From Octopus bimaculoides (lineage: Eukaryota): DNA of 64,000 bases. The notes under the pieces were generated by a model, which did no database searches, had not been told where the DNA came from, and saw nothing but the letters and a program-made list of their open reading frames with translations. This document shows, in pieces, positions 37,331-50,419 of this stretch; the stretch's first letter is position 1, and every line of letters starts with the position of its first letter. Location of the stretch: NCBI RefSeq assembly GCF_001194135.2, contig NC_068984.1:24325671-24389670 (forward strand), given 5' to 3'. The translations under genes and the position numbers were made by a program.

Positions 37331-39299
37331 TGCTTGGGTTGACAGATGACAAACACACTAATATGGTGTTTCCTTNNNNNNNNNNNNNNNNNNNNNNNNN
37401 NNNNNNNNNNNNNNNNNNNNNNNNNNNNNNNNNNNNNNNNNNNNNNNNNNNNNNNNNNNNNNNNNNNNNNNNNNNNNNNNNNNNNNNNNNNNNNNNNNNN
37501 NNNNNNNNNNNNNNNNNNNNNNNNNNNNNNNNNNNNNNNNNNNNNNNNNNNNNNNNNNNNNNNNNNNNNNNNNNNNNNNNNNNNNNNNNNNNNNNNNNNN
37601 NNNNNNNNNNNNNNNNNNNNNNNNNNNNNNNNNNNNNNNNNNNNNNNNNNNNNNNNNNNNNNNNNNNNNNNNNNNNNNNNNNNNNNNNNNNNNNNNNNNN
37701 NNNNNNNNNNNNNNNNNNNNNNNNNNNNNNNNNNNNNNNNNNNNNNNNNNNNNNNNNNNNNNNNNNNNNNNNNNNNNNNNNNNNNNNNNNNNNNNNNNNN
37801 NNNNNNNNNNNNNNNNNNNNNNNNNNNNNNNNNNNNNNNNNNNNNNNNNNNNNNNNNNNNNNNNNNNNNNNNNNNNNNNNNNNNNNNNNNNNNNNNNNNN
37901 NNNNNNNNNNNNNNNNNNNNNNNNNNNNNNNNNNNNNNNNNNNNNNNNNNNNNNNNNNNNNNNNNNNNNNNNNNNNNNNNNNNNNNNNNNNNNNNNNNNN
38001 NNNNNNNNNNNNNNNNNNNNNNNNNNNNNNNNNNNNNNNNNNNNNNNNNNNNNNNNNNNNNNNNNNNNNNNNNNNNNNNNNNNNNNNNNNNNNNNNNNNN
38101 NNNNNNNNNNNNNNNNNNNNNNNNNAATGAAAGGACTCAATACAGGTTTAGACTATTTAGAATATCTTAAAAGATATTGAATAAACATCAAGATAGTTAA
38201 AATTTGAAATTATAATTCACCCATACATACATACATACACACATATATACATGCATACATACACACAAGCGCGCATGCGAGCGAGCGAGCGTGCACATGC
38301 ACACATATGTTATGAATGTGTTTTTATATATTAGGATCAAATCATTAAATCATTGTGATTCAGTCTGTGCTGGAGCACTGCCATAATGTGTGATTATATG
38401 TGTATTTATGAGTCATGAGTGTGAATGCATGTTTGTGTGATGTGTATATGTATGCGTGTGTGTGTGTGTGTGTCTGTGTTTGTGTGTATAGGTATTTATG
38501 TATTTATATATATACAGAGAGACAGAGAGGGGGGTAGTGAAAGAGAGACACAATAAGAAAAAGAAAATGCAAAAAAAGTATAAAGGGATCTAATCAAAAC
38601 TTAAAAATTAAATATGCATAAAAAAATTTTTATTTGTTGATTAGATTTAATTTTTAGAATTTCACATCATCATTTATCTAATTTTCTTGACGTAATAACG
38701 ATGTAAAATATTTGCATGCAATTACAGTATGTCTGTATGTGTGTGTGTGTACATGTTTGCATGTGTATATCTGTCATGGTATATCCAATACATTCATCTA
38801 TGTGATATCGAATTATAGTAACTGAAGTGCAGACTACAATTTGAACACACACACATTGATATATCACGAAGAAATACTCTTCACACAGCAAAAGCTGGCT
38901 GTAAGTCTGAAATTTAAAACTGTCACGTCACAAAACAACAGACTGGGGTAGCATCTGAACAATCTTTTGTTACGTACCTGTTCCATTACCAATCCTCATT
39001 TTTTGGTTGACATCCAGTACAGGTTGGAGACTGAGAAGCAGTATGTGAATAAAACTACATTTATTATACCATGCAAGTAGTACATCAACCTCTTGTACTA
39101 CTTTAGTAGTTGTTGTTTTGCTCAGAATCAGTCCTGACTGAGTACATCTAAGTCAGGTGGTTTTGGTCACATGCATTCCAACCCCAACCACCCTAACCTT
39201 TATATAGAATTTTTCTTTTATAATTATTATCTTTTTTTTTAACTGGACTTTTCTGGAGGAAGGGTACAATGCCCCACAGACTTTCTACGTTCTTTAATA

Positions 39300-40150
39300 C
39301 TGGTAAGATTGACAAGGTTAATGTTCCTTTTCCACGGTGGTTATACAAATATATGTGCAGAGTGGGAATTTTAGAAGATAGTGTTCTGGGGAGGAAGGAT
39401 TGGATGCTGTAGTTAATGCAAGTCTTGAGTGGGCCACAATATGAGTAGTGAAAGGAAGAGAGAGATAAACAAGAGAAAGATTGTCTGAGTGGAGGCAACA
39501 CAAAACCTGAAAGATCTGAGGAGAGGAAAGGTATTATAGTAGTAGTAGAAAGGTCAGAGGAAGGAGACATCACATTTGTGGCAAGTGACTTCATGACAAT
39601 CAATTGGGTGGCTTTTTTTCTTCGGATATGGTTGAAAAAATCTATAGTGCAGCAACAGAAGCAGCACTCTTCCATATATGTAAATCATAATTTATTGCAG
39701 GTCTTTGCTGAGTTTTGTATAAAGGTTAGTAGTTGGAGAATGATGAAATGTTTTCTGACCTTGAAAAAGAAGGCTACTATTTGTGATGCAGTCTTCACTA
39801 AAATGAGGATAGGATGTGCCTTGTCCATGAAAGATCATAGTGATAGTACAGCTTGGAATATGTAGGGATTCTGAGGGTTCGTGCTGTTTATATTTAGGAG
39901 GAGGTATGATAATGTCATCTTGAAATATGCAGCAATTGTGTCTTTTTGCTGTCGAACATAAAATTGATATGACACTATTAGAGAATGTTTTCAAGCTCTC
40001 TGTTCATGGAGTAGGTGCGAATTTGATGCACAATATCTTAGTTACACGTAGATGATGCTTTGGTATGTAATGTTAAGGATTAAATGGTGATATCACGCAA
40101 GTAGGAGATGATGTTGCAAGTGACAGCAAGCATAATGTTAAATTGCTAAA
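39300..40150 (-). mobile_element. Possible Penelope-like RT relic, heavily decayed
   Basis: Minus-strand pieces occur in PLE order: IISYLRD (cf. ISAYLD), YMEECC (cf. YIDDC), DVSFL/DLST (cf. VSFLDLS), IPF..LRSFRFC (cf. IPFSQFLRLRRLC). All matches are short and frameshifted. Confidence 0.35.
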
Positions 40151-41197
40151 GCAAAAGTATTGGGTACATAACAAAGCGTTGGGTTATACAAGAGTGAGGG
40201 TCAGTAAGCGCTTAGTAAACATACACCATGATGATGCGATATGAGAGGAAGCCACTGATCAAAGAGATGAAATCAGGTAGCATTGCTAGTAATTCATGTA
40301 CCAAGTTACAGCTTGTAGAATTATCAAGGTTGAAGAGTAGAGAGAAGGAAAAAATCATAAAAGTTGGCAGAAATGTTTTTGGCAAGAAGCCAAAAAGATC
40401 AGTTGCAGTTTGGGAGTAAGGAATGTTTGCAGGTTATGCAATGCATGGAGGCATCTTTCACAGTTCAGATGATGAATGTGCAGGGGTTGCAGCATTGGAC
40501 AAAAGCTATTCATTAACCATAAGAATTTTTCAGGATGAGTGATTTTCTCCAACTGTTGTAGATGTGTTCTTTACTTGAAAAAACTGTAGAGCAGTAATGG
40601 ATGAACCACTTGGGAGATTTGAAGTTAAGAGTTTGTGAAATATGAAATGACATAACTAGAAGAATAGTTTGTCACCCTTCAGCTGTTTGTAATGGGACAA
40701 GGATGAACAGAACAGCATGTAACTGAAGGAGCTTGAATACTTAACTGACTTCATATGTCAAAGGGTCTAGGAGGTGGCGGGGGGGGGGGATCATTGCATA
40801 AATAGTGCTACAATGGCAATTTATTCAAATTAATAAAATTTAATTATGCACTTATGAACACTCTTTCTCTGTTATATCTATAAAGCAAAGGTACATCAGA
40901 TACCTGTTTAGTAAAATAATATTAAAACATCCAGGAGATATTCTTAACTGAATTTTAAATTACTTTAGAGTAATTTTTTTAATATATTTAATAAAACATT
41001 CAACACTTGATTATATTTTATAATATTACAAATGGTCAGATGCAGGTATGGTTGTATAGTGAAGAAGTTCACTACCTAGGTAAGTAGGTTCAAGTTCAGT
41101 GCAACTGTGCAGCACCTTGCACAAAATTTCTTCTGCTATCGTCCAAAGTTGACCAAAGTTTTCTGAGTGGATTTGATAGATAACATCTGAAAGTTTC

Positions 41198-41275
41198 TGG
41201 ATGGATGGATGGATGGATGGATGGATGGGTGGATGGATGGATGGGTGGGTGGGTGGATGGATGGATGCATGCATG
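41198..41275. repeat. (GGAT/GGGT)n tetranucleotide microsatellite
   Basis: Read directly from the sequence. Confidence 0.95.
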
Positions 41276-42334
41276 CATGCATATGTGAGCATTTGTATAT
41301 CTGTGTATATTAGCACTTCATTGAATACCACTGAGCAACCAGTAATGACATTGTTGCAGCTTCCCCTGTCAACAAATCAGCCATTGGCTATGTGCTTTTG
41401 AAAACATGTGGAATATAAGGTCCCTTACTAGAAAGGGTTGGCAACAGGAAGGCATCCAACTGTAAAACAATACCATGATATTATATCCATGTAACCCATG
41501 CTAGCAGATAAAAACAAGCATTAAAAAAATGATCAAACAAATATCATAGATGATTTTGAAAATACACAAAGACTGTAATAAGAGACTTGGGAACAGCTTG
41601 CCTGTGTAAGTGCACTGAATCAAAAACTCTGCATAATGGACACCAGTAGGTTTCAGGTGTCATCAGGTGAGAATGTGTACATTTTGAGGCCTTCTTCTCA
41701 ACAGCTTTACAGTGCACCAACCCCTATCACTGATATATTAAGTCTAGAATTGAACCCATGACTGAGTTTTTGACTTTCAAAGTTCAACTCTAAACTTCAC
41801 AGGCTTTGAATTTAAATTCATACATTTCACAATCAACATCTACCATTTTAATATTCTGCCTGTCTTGCGCATCACAAGTGATATACAGGACATATTGTTT
41901 CTATTGTATTTTTTTCTTTTTAAAATCTCTTAATTTCTTATTACCTAACTACCATGTTCATTCCATGATGCCTAACATTTCTAAGACAATAATATACTGT
42001 ATTGAAAGAAACGTTCCATGGACATTCACAAGAAATATAACAGGCTTTTTTGCTTCATTGAATTAACTATTTCCAACAATGATAAAAACCATAATTTTCT
42101 GTCCATTTCCTTTTCCCATACAAATTTGGGTTTGATGGGTATGCTCAATCACAGCATCTTGCCCCTGACTGTAGTCTTATGTCATCTCCTTTATGAGGTT
42201 CAGTTTCCCATCAGTACTTTTTCTTATGACTCCTTCTATTTGGATTGTCAAATGCTTCTTCACTCAACTGTTATCCTTCATATGCATCACATTGCTATAC
42301 CAACATAGTCTTATCTCTTTGCACATTACAGCTT

Positions 42335-42605
42335 TTATTTTTTACTTGTTGCAGTCATTGGACTATGGCCATGCTGGAACACTGCCTTCAAGGGTTTAAT
42401 CAAACAAATTGCCCCAAGTAATTATTTTTTTCTAAGTCTGGTACTTGTTCTATCAATTCCTTTTGCTGAACTGCCAAGTCACAGGGATGTGAACAAACCA
42501 ACACTGGTTGTTAATTGGCAGGAGGGACAAATACAAAGTCATATGCACACACAATGGGCTTCCATACAGTTTCTGCTTACCAAATTCACTTACAAGGCAT
42601 ATCTT
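42335..42605 (-). mobile_element. CORE-like SINE (OR2-like) lacking its tRNA head
   Basis: Tail 'tttacttgttgcagtcattggactatggccatgctgg' through 'ttctgcttaccaaattcacttacaaggcat'. Confidence 0.75.
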
Positions 42606-43160
42606 GGTCCTCTGTCATCTTTTTGTAAGGTTCGGTGTTTTGAGATTGGCCTTGAATACTTTGTCCTCTGTCTTCCAGGATCTCCCTCTTCCACAGATGC
42701 CATCCACTTTAAGTCATTGGCCCTTCTTTATGCAACTGTCTACATTCATCTGCATCACATGACCAAACCAGCATGGTCATCTTCTCTCTTACACACTGCA
42801 TCTAATTCATCCCATGCCTAACTGTTCTCTCCATACATTAGTGCTCTGTTGCACATGTACAATGACACTGCACATCCAGCAGAACATACCAGCTTCATTT
42901 CTCTCTCATCTTTGCATTCCTCTGCATCCCAATCCCACATCTCATTGCCATGTATACATGCATCATACAATCTTCCTTTTACTCAGAGAGCCTTTTGGTT
43001 GCCAACACAAGTAAAAGCTCTCTGAATTTTCTGCATTGCATTCTTATTCTAGTGATTACACTTTTGGTACATCCTCCTCCATTGTTAATTAGGCCACCAA
43101 GATAGCAGAAATTACCTACTACTTCTAGAGAGCCTCTGGTACATTTGAAGAAATCAGTTT
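42600..43160 (-). mobile_element. RTE LINE RT C-terminal fragment
   Basis: Minus strand: GSLEVVGNFCYLGGLINNGGGCTKSVITRIR...KFRELL...NEAGMFCWMCSV...WFGHVMQMNVDSCIKK..LKVDGICGRGRSWKT. Confidence 0.88.
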
Positions 43161-43409
43161 TCTGAGTTTAAAATCCTTTGGATAGAAAGTCGAAGGCTGC
43201 ATGTGAGACTTGACTCCACATCCCCTATGGACATGACACATCAACAAGATGATATAGATTTATGTCCCATGGGCATCACTTGACTTTTCCTATCCAAAAG
43301 GAATTTTCAACCCAATATTTATGTACTATTATTTATAGTTTTATTTACTTTGAGATCCATTATTCCAAAAAAGAATTATTCTACATTCCCTCAAATCTTA
43401 TAAATTCTT

Positions 43410-44555
43410 ATGGCACACCATTTTGAGCGTGGCCGTTGCCAGTATCGCCTGACTGGCCTTCGTGCAGGTGACACGTAAAAGCACCTACTACACTCTCTGA
43501 GTGGTTGGCGTTAGGAAGGGCATTCAGCTGTAGAAACTCTGCCAAATTTAGATTGGAGCCTGGTGTTGCCATCCGGTTTCACCAGTCCTCAGTCAAATCG
43601 TCCAACCCATGCTAGCATGGAAAGCGGACGTTAAACGATGATGATGATGATGATTTTAACTTTGGGCTTCACGGAGGCAATGACTAGTGACTAAGACCTT
43701 TGGTGATATGGTGTGCTTGAGAAAACCTTTCGAACCAAGTGAAATCATAGTTGTGGCCGATGCTGGTGTCATGTAACTGGCATCTGTGCTGGTGACACAT
43801 AAAAAGCAACTTTCGAGTGTTAAGCCTCACAGAGGTTAGGTGGCCGATGCCGGTGGCATATGGAGGCAATGACAAATGACTGAGACCTTTGGCATTATGC
43901 CCTGCTTGAGAAGAAGACCCATCAAGCCGAGTAAAATCACAGTCATTTGTAATACATTGGAGTTTGTACAGTTCCGTTAACCAGCTCCATGTCAAACCAT
44001 CCAACCCATGCCAGCATGGAAAGAGGACACTAAGTTATGATGATGATGAAGTTGCATGACAAAATGTAAAAATATTATTACAGTGTCACCCAAATGGCAC
44101 CCATGCTGGAGGCATGTAAAAGCACCCATTACACTCTTGAAGTGGCTGACATTAGGAAGGGCATCCAGCCGTAGAAACCATGCCAAACCATTCCAAATAG
44201 GAAGGCGGCGAGCTGGCAGAAACATTAGCATGCCGGGCGAAATGCTTAGCAGTATTTTTCGTCTGTCTTTACGTTCTGAGTTCAAATTCCACCGAGGTCG
44301 ACTTTGCCTTTCATCCTTTCAGGGTTGATAAATTAAGTACCAGTTACGCACTGGGGTCGATATAATTGACTTAATCCGTTTGTCTGTCCTTGTTTGTCCC
44401 CTCTATATTTAGCCCCTTGTGGACAATAAAGAAATAAAAAAAACCATGCCAAATCAGACAGGAGTCTGGTGCAGCCTTCCAGCTTGCCAGCCCTGGTCAA
44501 ACTGTCCAACCCATGCCAGCATGGACAACGGACGTTAAATGATGATGATGATTTT
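43410..44555 (+). mobile_element. Cluster of three RTE-type 3' ends (43410-43655 young; 43660-44050 older; 44090-44555 split by a SINE)
   Basis: Each ends in ccatg(c/t)..gcatgg...(GAT)n. 43660-43720 retains the LGFTEAMTSD*DLW coding end. Confidence 0.85.
44188..44440 (+). mobile_element. Full-length tRNA SINE (Meta-like core) with 13-bp TSD
   Basis: Head 'ggcggcgagctggcagaaacattagcatgccgggcg', B box 'gagttcaaattcc', core 'gactttgcctttcatcctttcagggttgataaattaagtaccag', A-rich end. TSD AAACCATGCCAAA at 44175-44187 and 44441-44453. Confidence 0.92.
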
Positions 44556-45512
44556 CCCAGCATCTACACATCATGTATGATACACATTCCCAATTTTTTT
44601 CAACCACCAGAGTAATATAGAACTAATGAGTGGAAAGGAAAGATTCATATTACTCAGAATATGTGAACCATTGATTAACTAAAAGCCTGAAAACAAGCAT
44701 GAAAACAACATTTAGAACAAACTTATGAAAATGCTTTGGACAGGCAAAGGGTTAAAGCAATGTGCCAGTTTAAACCATTTCATATTATAACCAAGAGATA
44801 AGATAGATTATTAACAAATGTAAGACTTCTAGCCTAACAGCACAAGTCATTTCGTCATAAATAATCCTCATACTAACCATGTAGATCATATTATAACTGA
44901 CATCTCCAACATTGTCCAACCCATGCCATGGAAAACAGACATTAAAGGATGATGATGATGATGATGATGATCTCACTGACAGTCTTGTGTTAAACAACAT
45001 GCCTGAGCCAATTATTTTTACTTTTTGTCATGCAGCTTCATCATTGTCATCATCATCATCATTTAGTGTCCTCTTTCCATGCTGGCATGGGTTGGATGGT
45101 TTGACATGGAGCTGGTTAGCAGAGAGCTGTCCAGACTCCAATGTATTACAAATGATTCCATGTATTTTATCTTATTTCATGGTTTAAGCATAAGTTATTT
45201 CATTTCATTTCATTTTCTACAGCTATGAAATCATCTCATGTATCCTCAACTGCCGCACTTCATCATTTATTAAACTAACACCAGTGACCTGTCCTGCTAT
45301 ATAAATTATTCTCTCCCACTATCACTTATGGGTTTATATAAGTAATATACTTTTATAAGTGATCTTTATTATGATTAGGAAAATTCACCAATTAAAACCA
45401 CAATAAATCAATAATTCATAATTTCAACCTGTCACTTCATCTTGATTTGAATTATGTGTGTATGTGTAAATACACACACACAAATACGCACGCGCGCACG
45501 CANNNNNNNNNN

Positions 45513-45560
<48 letters not shown>

Positions 45561-45899
45561 TAGCTTCAGTGTGAAAATAGACACCATAATTCAACCACAA
45601 TGCTCTCAGCAGCCAAGGAAGTACAATAAGGTAACCAATCAATTTGTTTCTAATGTTGGTAAAGCCATCATCAGGTTTATTTACTTTTCTATGCCTGTTC
45701 AGAAGATTCAGTGAACACTACTCTATGATAAATATAAGATCAGAATACAGAATAGACATAACCTTATTTACATAGTGGTAGAAAGTTGGCCACATGTCGA
45801 TTATTTACTGACAATGTGTTAAGCATTAACTGAAGCATCAACAATGTATATTAGATTAAAACTATAAACAAATTTATATCTTTAATAAGCATACAGTGG

Positions 45900-46220
45900 A
45901 AGTCATCATCATCATCATCATTTAACATCGGTTGTCCATGCTGGCATGGGTTGGATGGTTTGACCAGAGCTGGTAAACTGAGGGGCTGCACCAGACTCCA
46001 GTCTGATTTGGGCACAGGAGCCAGTTGCATGACACCAGTATCTGCCACAACTACAATTTCGCTTGGCTTGTTGGGTCTTCCACTCAAGCACAGCATATTG
46101 CCAAAGGTCTCAGTCAACTGACATTGCCTCCGTGAGGCCTGATGCTCAAAAGGTGCTTTTTATGTGCCACTGGCACAAGTGCTGGTTGTGCAACACCAGC
46201 ATTGGCCACATTGCCTCCAT
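45900..46220 (-). mobile_element. RTE-type 3' end, older copy
   Basis: (CAT)n-ttaacatcggttgtccatgctggcatggg...ccaaaggtctcagtcaactgacattgcctccgtgaggcc. Shorter copies lie at 44895-44970 (+) and 45045-45150 (-). Confidence 0.85.
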
Positions 46221-46852
46221 GAGACCCACACTTTATTTTGCATGTAACTCTGCTATTTTGTGTTTCATTTTACAGTTCATCAAATGAAAATTAAATTATT
46301 TCTCAATCATAATCTCTGTTATTAAGCAAATTATCCATGTGATTCAAGAAAACTATGCCCCTACCTTTGTTTTGACAGGTTGAACGTAAAAGTAACTACA
46401 CTTTACATTGCAGAGAATTATTTTCTTAATATCTGACGTAGTAAATTTGGGATTTGTAGAATATAATACTGCTATGTGAATAATAATATTTTTCTCCGTT
46501 TCTCAGTACTATTATATTACGGTGCATTTTAGATCATATAAATTGGGGTTGAAACCTGGTCATAAATGGAAGAACAATAGTAAAAAGACAGCCATTGAGA
46601 ATTGCACTGAATTGAACACCTTTTATAACTTCACCATCTCCATCTACGCTGTACAATGTTGTCTCTCTCAAATTAGACTCACTAATTTGATCATTAGACA
46701 TGTTCCACTCATCTTGTTTGGTAATCATTGCAAATGACCAGTATTTGCATATAAATATCTGTCCCCCATTCTACACCAATTCTATTTCTTTCCAATACAT
46801 AAAACAGATACCAAACACTCCAAATACACCAGAAACTGTTGCCTTTCCTTCT

Positions 46853-47430
46853 CAGGTGAAAAACTTTAGAATTCCTACCATCAACACTGGCACGAAGATA
46901 AGTAAGTCTGGAGAGGTTATAGAAATGCTAGAGCAGGAGCAAGTTGATGTGTGGTGTGTACAAGAGATAAGATGGAGTGAAGTTTCTACCAGACTTCTCA
47001 TAGGCTAGAAACCCATTTTGAAATTCTTGTGGGTGGGTAACAACACTGGAATTGAGGAGAAGACATATTGATAGCAGAAAAACAGAGATAAACATAATTA
47101 ATATAGTCAAACATAATAATTAAGCTTATATAAATATAGTCCTGAACAACAAGGAAGCAACTGTGATCTCCACATATGCACTACAATTAGAACTGATAGA
47201 TGAGCAAACAGACCATTTTTTTTCTTGCTACTTGCCATAAGTTATCTTGCAGATTACTTCAATTACAAATGAGAGTGACTGCATTGTCATGGCTGATGGT
47301 GTTACCAAACATATCTAATGGAGACATTATGCAACACAATATATTGGCTGTTCCAATATATATGGAAACTAGAATCAGGATAGATGGAAAGAAGATGAAT
47401 CAAGACTCATGTCACCAAAAACACATGTTA
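46853..47430 (+). mobile_element. RTE LINE apurinic endonuclease (5' ORF) fragment
   Basis: FRIPTINTGTKISKSGEVIEMLEQEQVDVWCVQEIRWS..LLIG*..KFLWVGNN.G...ILIAEK, then ATVISTYALQLELIDEQTDHF and NESDCIVMA, matching APE motifs (T.N.GT, QE.RW, SAYAPQ). Confidence 0.85.
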
Positions 47431-47884
47431 TACAGCTAAATTCTAGTTTGTGCTTGATTTAAATAGCTATTTTCTACAAGTTCTCTTTGTGGGCATAGAA
47501 ATGAGGGTTACTTGTCTTCTGGTGACTGGCCAAGGAACTGTGAAACATGTTAGGATGAACTCCTTTGTTTTTCTGAATGCAAAGAGTTGCATTAACATCT
47601 GTTTAAAGTTTTACAACAAAAGGAATAAAAACTATTGTTTAACTGCTTAAAATTTATCTTAACTTTTGTAATGCATGCTGTTTTATGCATAAATATCTAT
47701 TAATTATTCAATGCATGATATGCAAATTAATCTAACCATTTTAGCTAATTGCCAGTTTATTTTTGATTTAAACAGCTATTTGCTATAAGTTTTCTTCATA
47801 GGCAGGGGAATAAGTGGGTAAATGACCTCTGAAAAGAGAATAAAAATTATGTGTGTGTGCATAATTATGTGTGTGTTGATATAT

Positions 47885-48211
47885 ATATTTTTCGTGATCG
47901 TTACCAGTGTCGCCTTACTGGCACATTAGAAAATCATTCGAGTGAGGTTGTTGCCAGTGCCGCTGTACTGGCTCCTGTGCAGGTGGCACATAGAAAACAC
48001 CATATTGAGCGTGGCCGTTGCCAGTACCATGTGACTGGCGCTCGTGCCAGTGGTACGTAAAAGCACCTACTACACTCTCGGAGTGGTTGGCGTTAGGAAG
48101 GGCATCCAGCTGTAGAAACTCTGCCAGATCAAATTGGAGCCTGGTGCAGCCATCCGGTTCACCAGTCCTCAGTCAAATCATCCAACCCATGGAAAGCGGA
48201 TGTTAAACGAG

Positions 48212-48251
<40 letters not shown>
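47885..48251 (+). mobile_element. RTE-type 3' UTR with three repeat modules and (GAT)n tail
   Basis: Three 'actggc..gtgc.ggtggcac.taaaa' modules, then 'ctacactctcggagtggttggcgttagg', then about 13 GAT units. Confidence 0.9.
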
Positions 48252-49394
48252 ATTCTTGTGAACCAATTATCATGAAAAATGGTGACAGTTTTGTTAATTG
48301 TAGAGGATGATGCATCTATTCAAAATGATGGGGTGAAAACGTCCACGAATGTTTTGTCAAAAGACTCTGTTTGTTGTATTTACTTGTAGTAGTAAAGTAA
48401 TACACTTTGATCTTAACCAAAAGATCAAGACCAATAATTTGTAGATATGACAGTACATGCTGCCCACCAAAATTAATGGGTCAGGATGATATACAAACAC
48501 ATGATACTTCTGCCATAAAAAATATCAGCTTTTCAGCTTACATTTTTACTGGTTCACTGAATAGCTGACACTCCCATAAACATGGTTCATATCGATTAGT
48601 TCCCCCCCGTCAACCTTAACTATGGAAGAACATCAAAGAAATAATTGAAAATGTAAATGGTTTCATTGTTGAACACCATCATTCTTCAAATGCTTTCATT
48701 ATTGAATACTTTTGTTCTTTCAATATAAATGCATGTTAANNNNNNNNNNNNNNNNNNNNNNNNNNNNNNNNNNNNNNNNNNNNNNNNNNNNNNNNNNNNN
48801 NNNNNNNNNNNNNNNNNNNNNNNNNNNNNNNNNNNNNNNNNNNNNNNNNNNNNNNNNNNNNNNNNNNNNNNNNNNNNNNNNNNNNNNNNNNNNNNNNNNN
48901 NNNNNNNNNNNNNNNNNNNNNNNNNNNNNNNNNNNNNNNNNNNNNNNNNNNNNNNNNNNNNNNNNNNNNNNNNNNNNNNNNNNNNNNNNNNNNNNNNNNN
49001 NNNNNNNNNNNNNNNNNNNNNNNNNNNNNNNNNNNNNNNNNNNNNNNNNNNNNNNNNNNNNNNNNNNNNNNNNNNNNNNNNNNNNNNNNNNNNNNNNNNN
49101 NNNNNNNNNNNNNNNNNNNNNNNNNNNNNNNNNNNNNNNNNNNNNNNNNNNNNNNNNNNNNNNNNNNNNNNNNNNNNNNNNNNNNNNNNNNNNNNNNNNN
49201 NNNNNNNNNNNNNNNNNNNNNNNNNNNNNNNNNNNNNNNNNNNNNNNNNNNNNNNNNNNNNNNNNNNNNNNNNNNNNNNNNNNNNNNNNNNNNNNNNNNN
49301 NNNNNNNNNNNNNNNNNNNNNNNNNTATAATTCTGAGTAGTGTCTAACCTGCATGAATTTTCATTTATATCATCTTAACTCTTTTACTTGCTCT

Positions 49395-49775
49395 TTACTC
49401 TTTTACTTGTTTTCAGTCATTTGACCGCCGCCATGCTGGAGCACCGCCTTTAGTTGAGCAAATCGCCCCAGGACTTATTCTTTGGAAGCCTAGTACTTAT
49501 TCGATTGGTCTCTTTTGTCGAACCGCTAAGTTATGGAGACATAAACACACCACCATCAGTTGGCAAGCGATGGTGGGGGGGATAAACATATTCACACACA
49601 TACATATATATATATACATATATACGACGGGCTTCTTTCAGATTCTTTCAGGTATTAGTTGGCACAGGGCTATAGCAGAAGACACTTGCCCAAGGTACTG
49701 TGCAGTAGGACTGAACCCAAAACTACATGGTTGTAAAGCAAGCTTCTTACCCACACAGCCATGCTTGTGCCTATA
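49395..49775 (-). mobile_element. CORE-like tRNA SINE (OR2-like)
   Basis: From 'cttttacttgttttcagtcatttgaccgccgccatgctggagcaccgcc' to 'gcttcttacccacacagccatgcttgtgccta'. Confidence 0.88.
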
Positions 49776-50419
49776 ATTGATAATTTTTTTCAATTCAATC
49801 TTAACATTCAGTAATGAAAGTATTTAAAGAAAATACGCATTTGAAAGTGAAACTATTTACATTCTCATTTATGTCATTTCCATCCTTCCATATGTACATT
49901 GATATGACTGCCTTCATAAATATCAGTTCTTTAACTTATAGCATTCATAAAAGCAAATTGACAGGATTGTCTTAACCAATAGTACTGAATGGCTTAAAGA
50001 CAGTTATAAAGATTTAATTGAAATGATGATATTTACAAAAATATTACAATATCATTTATAAACTATTGAAAGAGTAACAAATAATTATCATTATTCCAGA
50101 AGTTCTTTAATTACAATATTCACAGTAAAACTGTGATTTCAAGTTTTCCATCATAATTTATCAGTTTATGAAGAATGTGTCTAATTCTCATCCTGCTTAA
50201 AGCAACATAAAGCTAACTTCTTACTACAGTCCACTCAAATTTTAATTCTCTCACTATTACTCATATTCTATTTCCCAGTCAGGGTAGAGTGATATCTCAT
50301 CCTTCTACTCACTTTCATTTTATGTTTGCTGTTAGTCACTCACTCACCCACTCTCTATATATTGTTTGATACCCTCTTCGACACTTTCTCTTTGACATGA
50401 CAGTAGATAAATACATCTA

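Noticed and set aside
37261-38170. The longest ORFs in the track (289, 274 and 260 aa; also 48686-49354 and 2723-3427)
   Set aside because: They are artefacts of translating through N-gaps.
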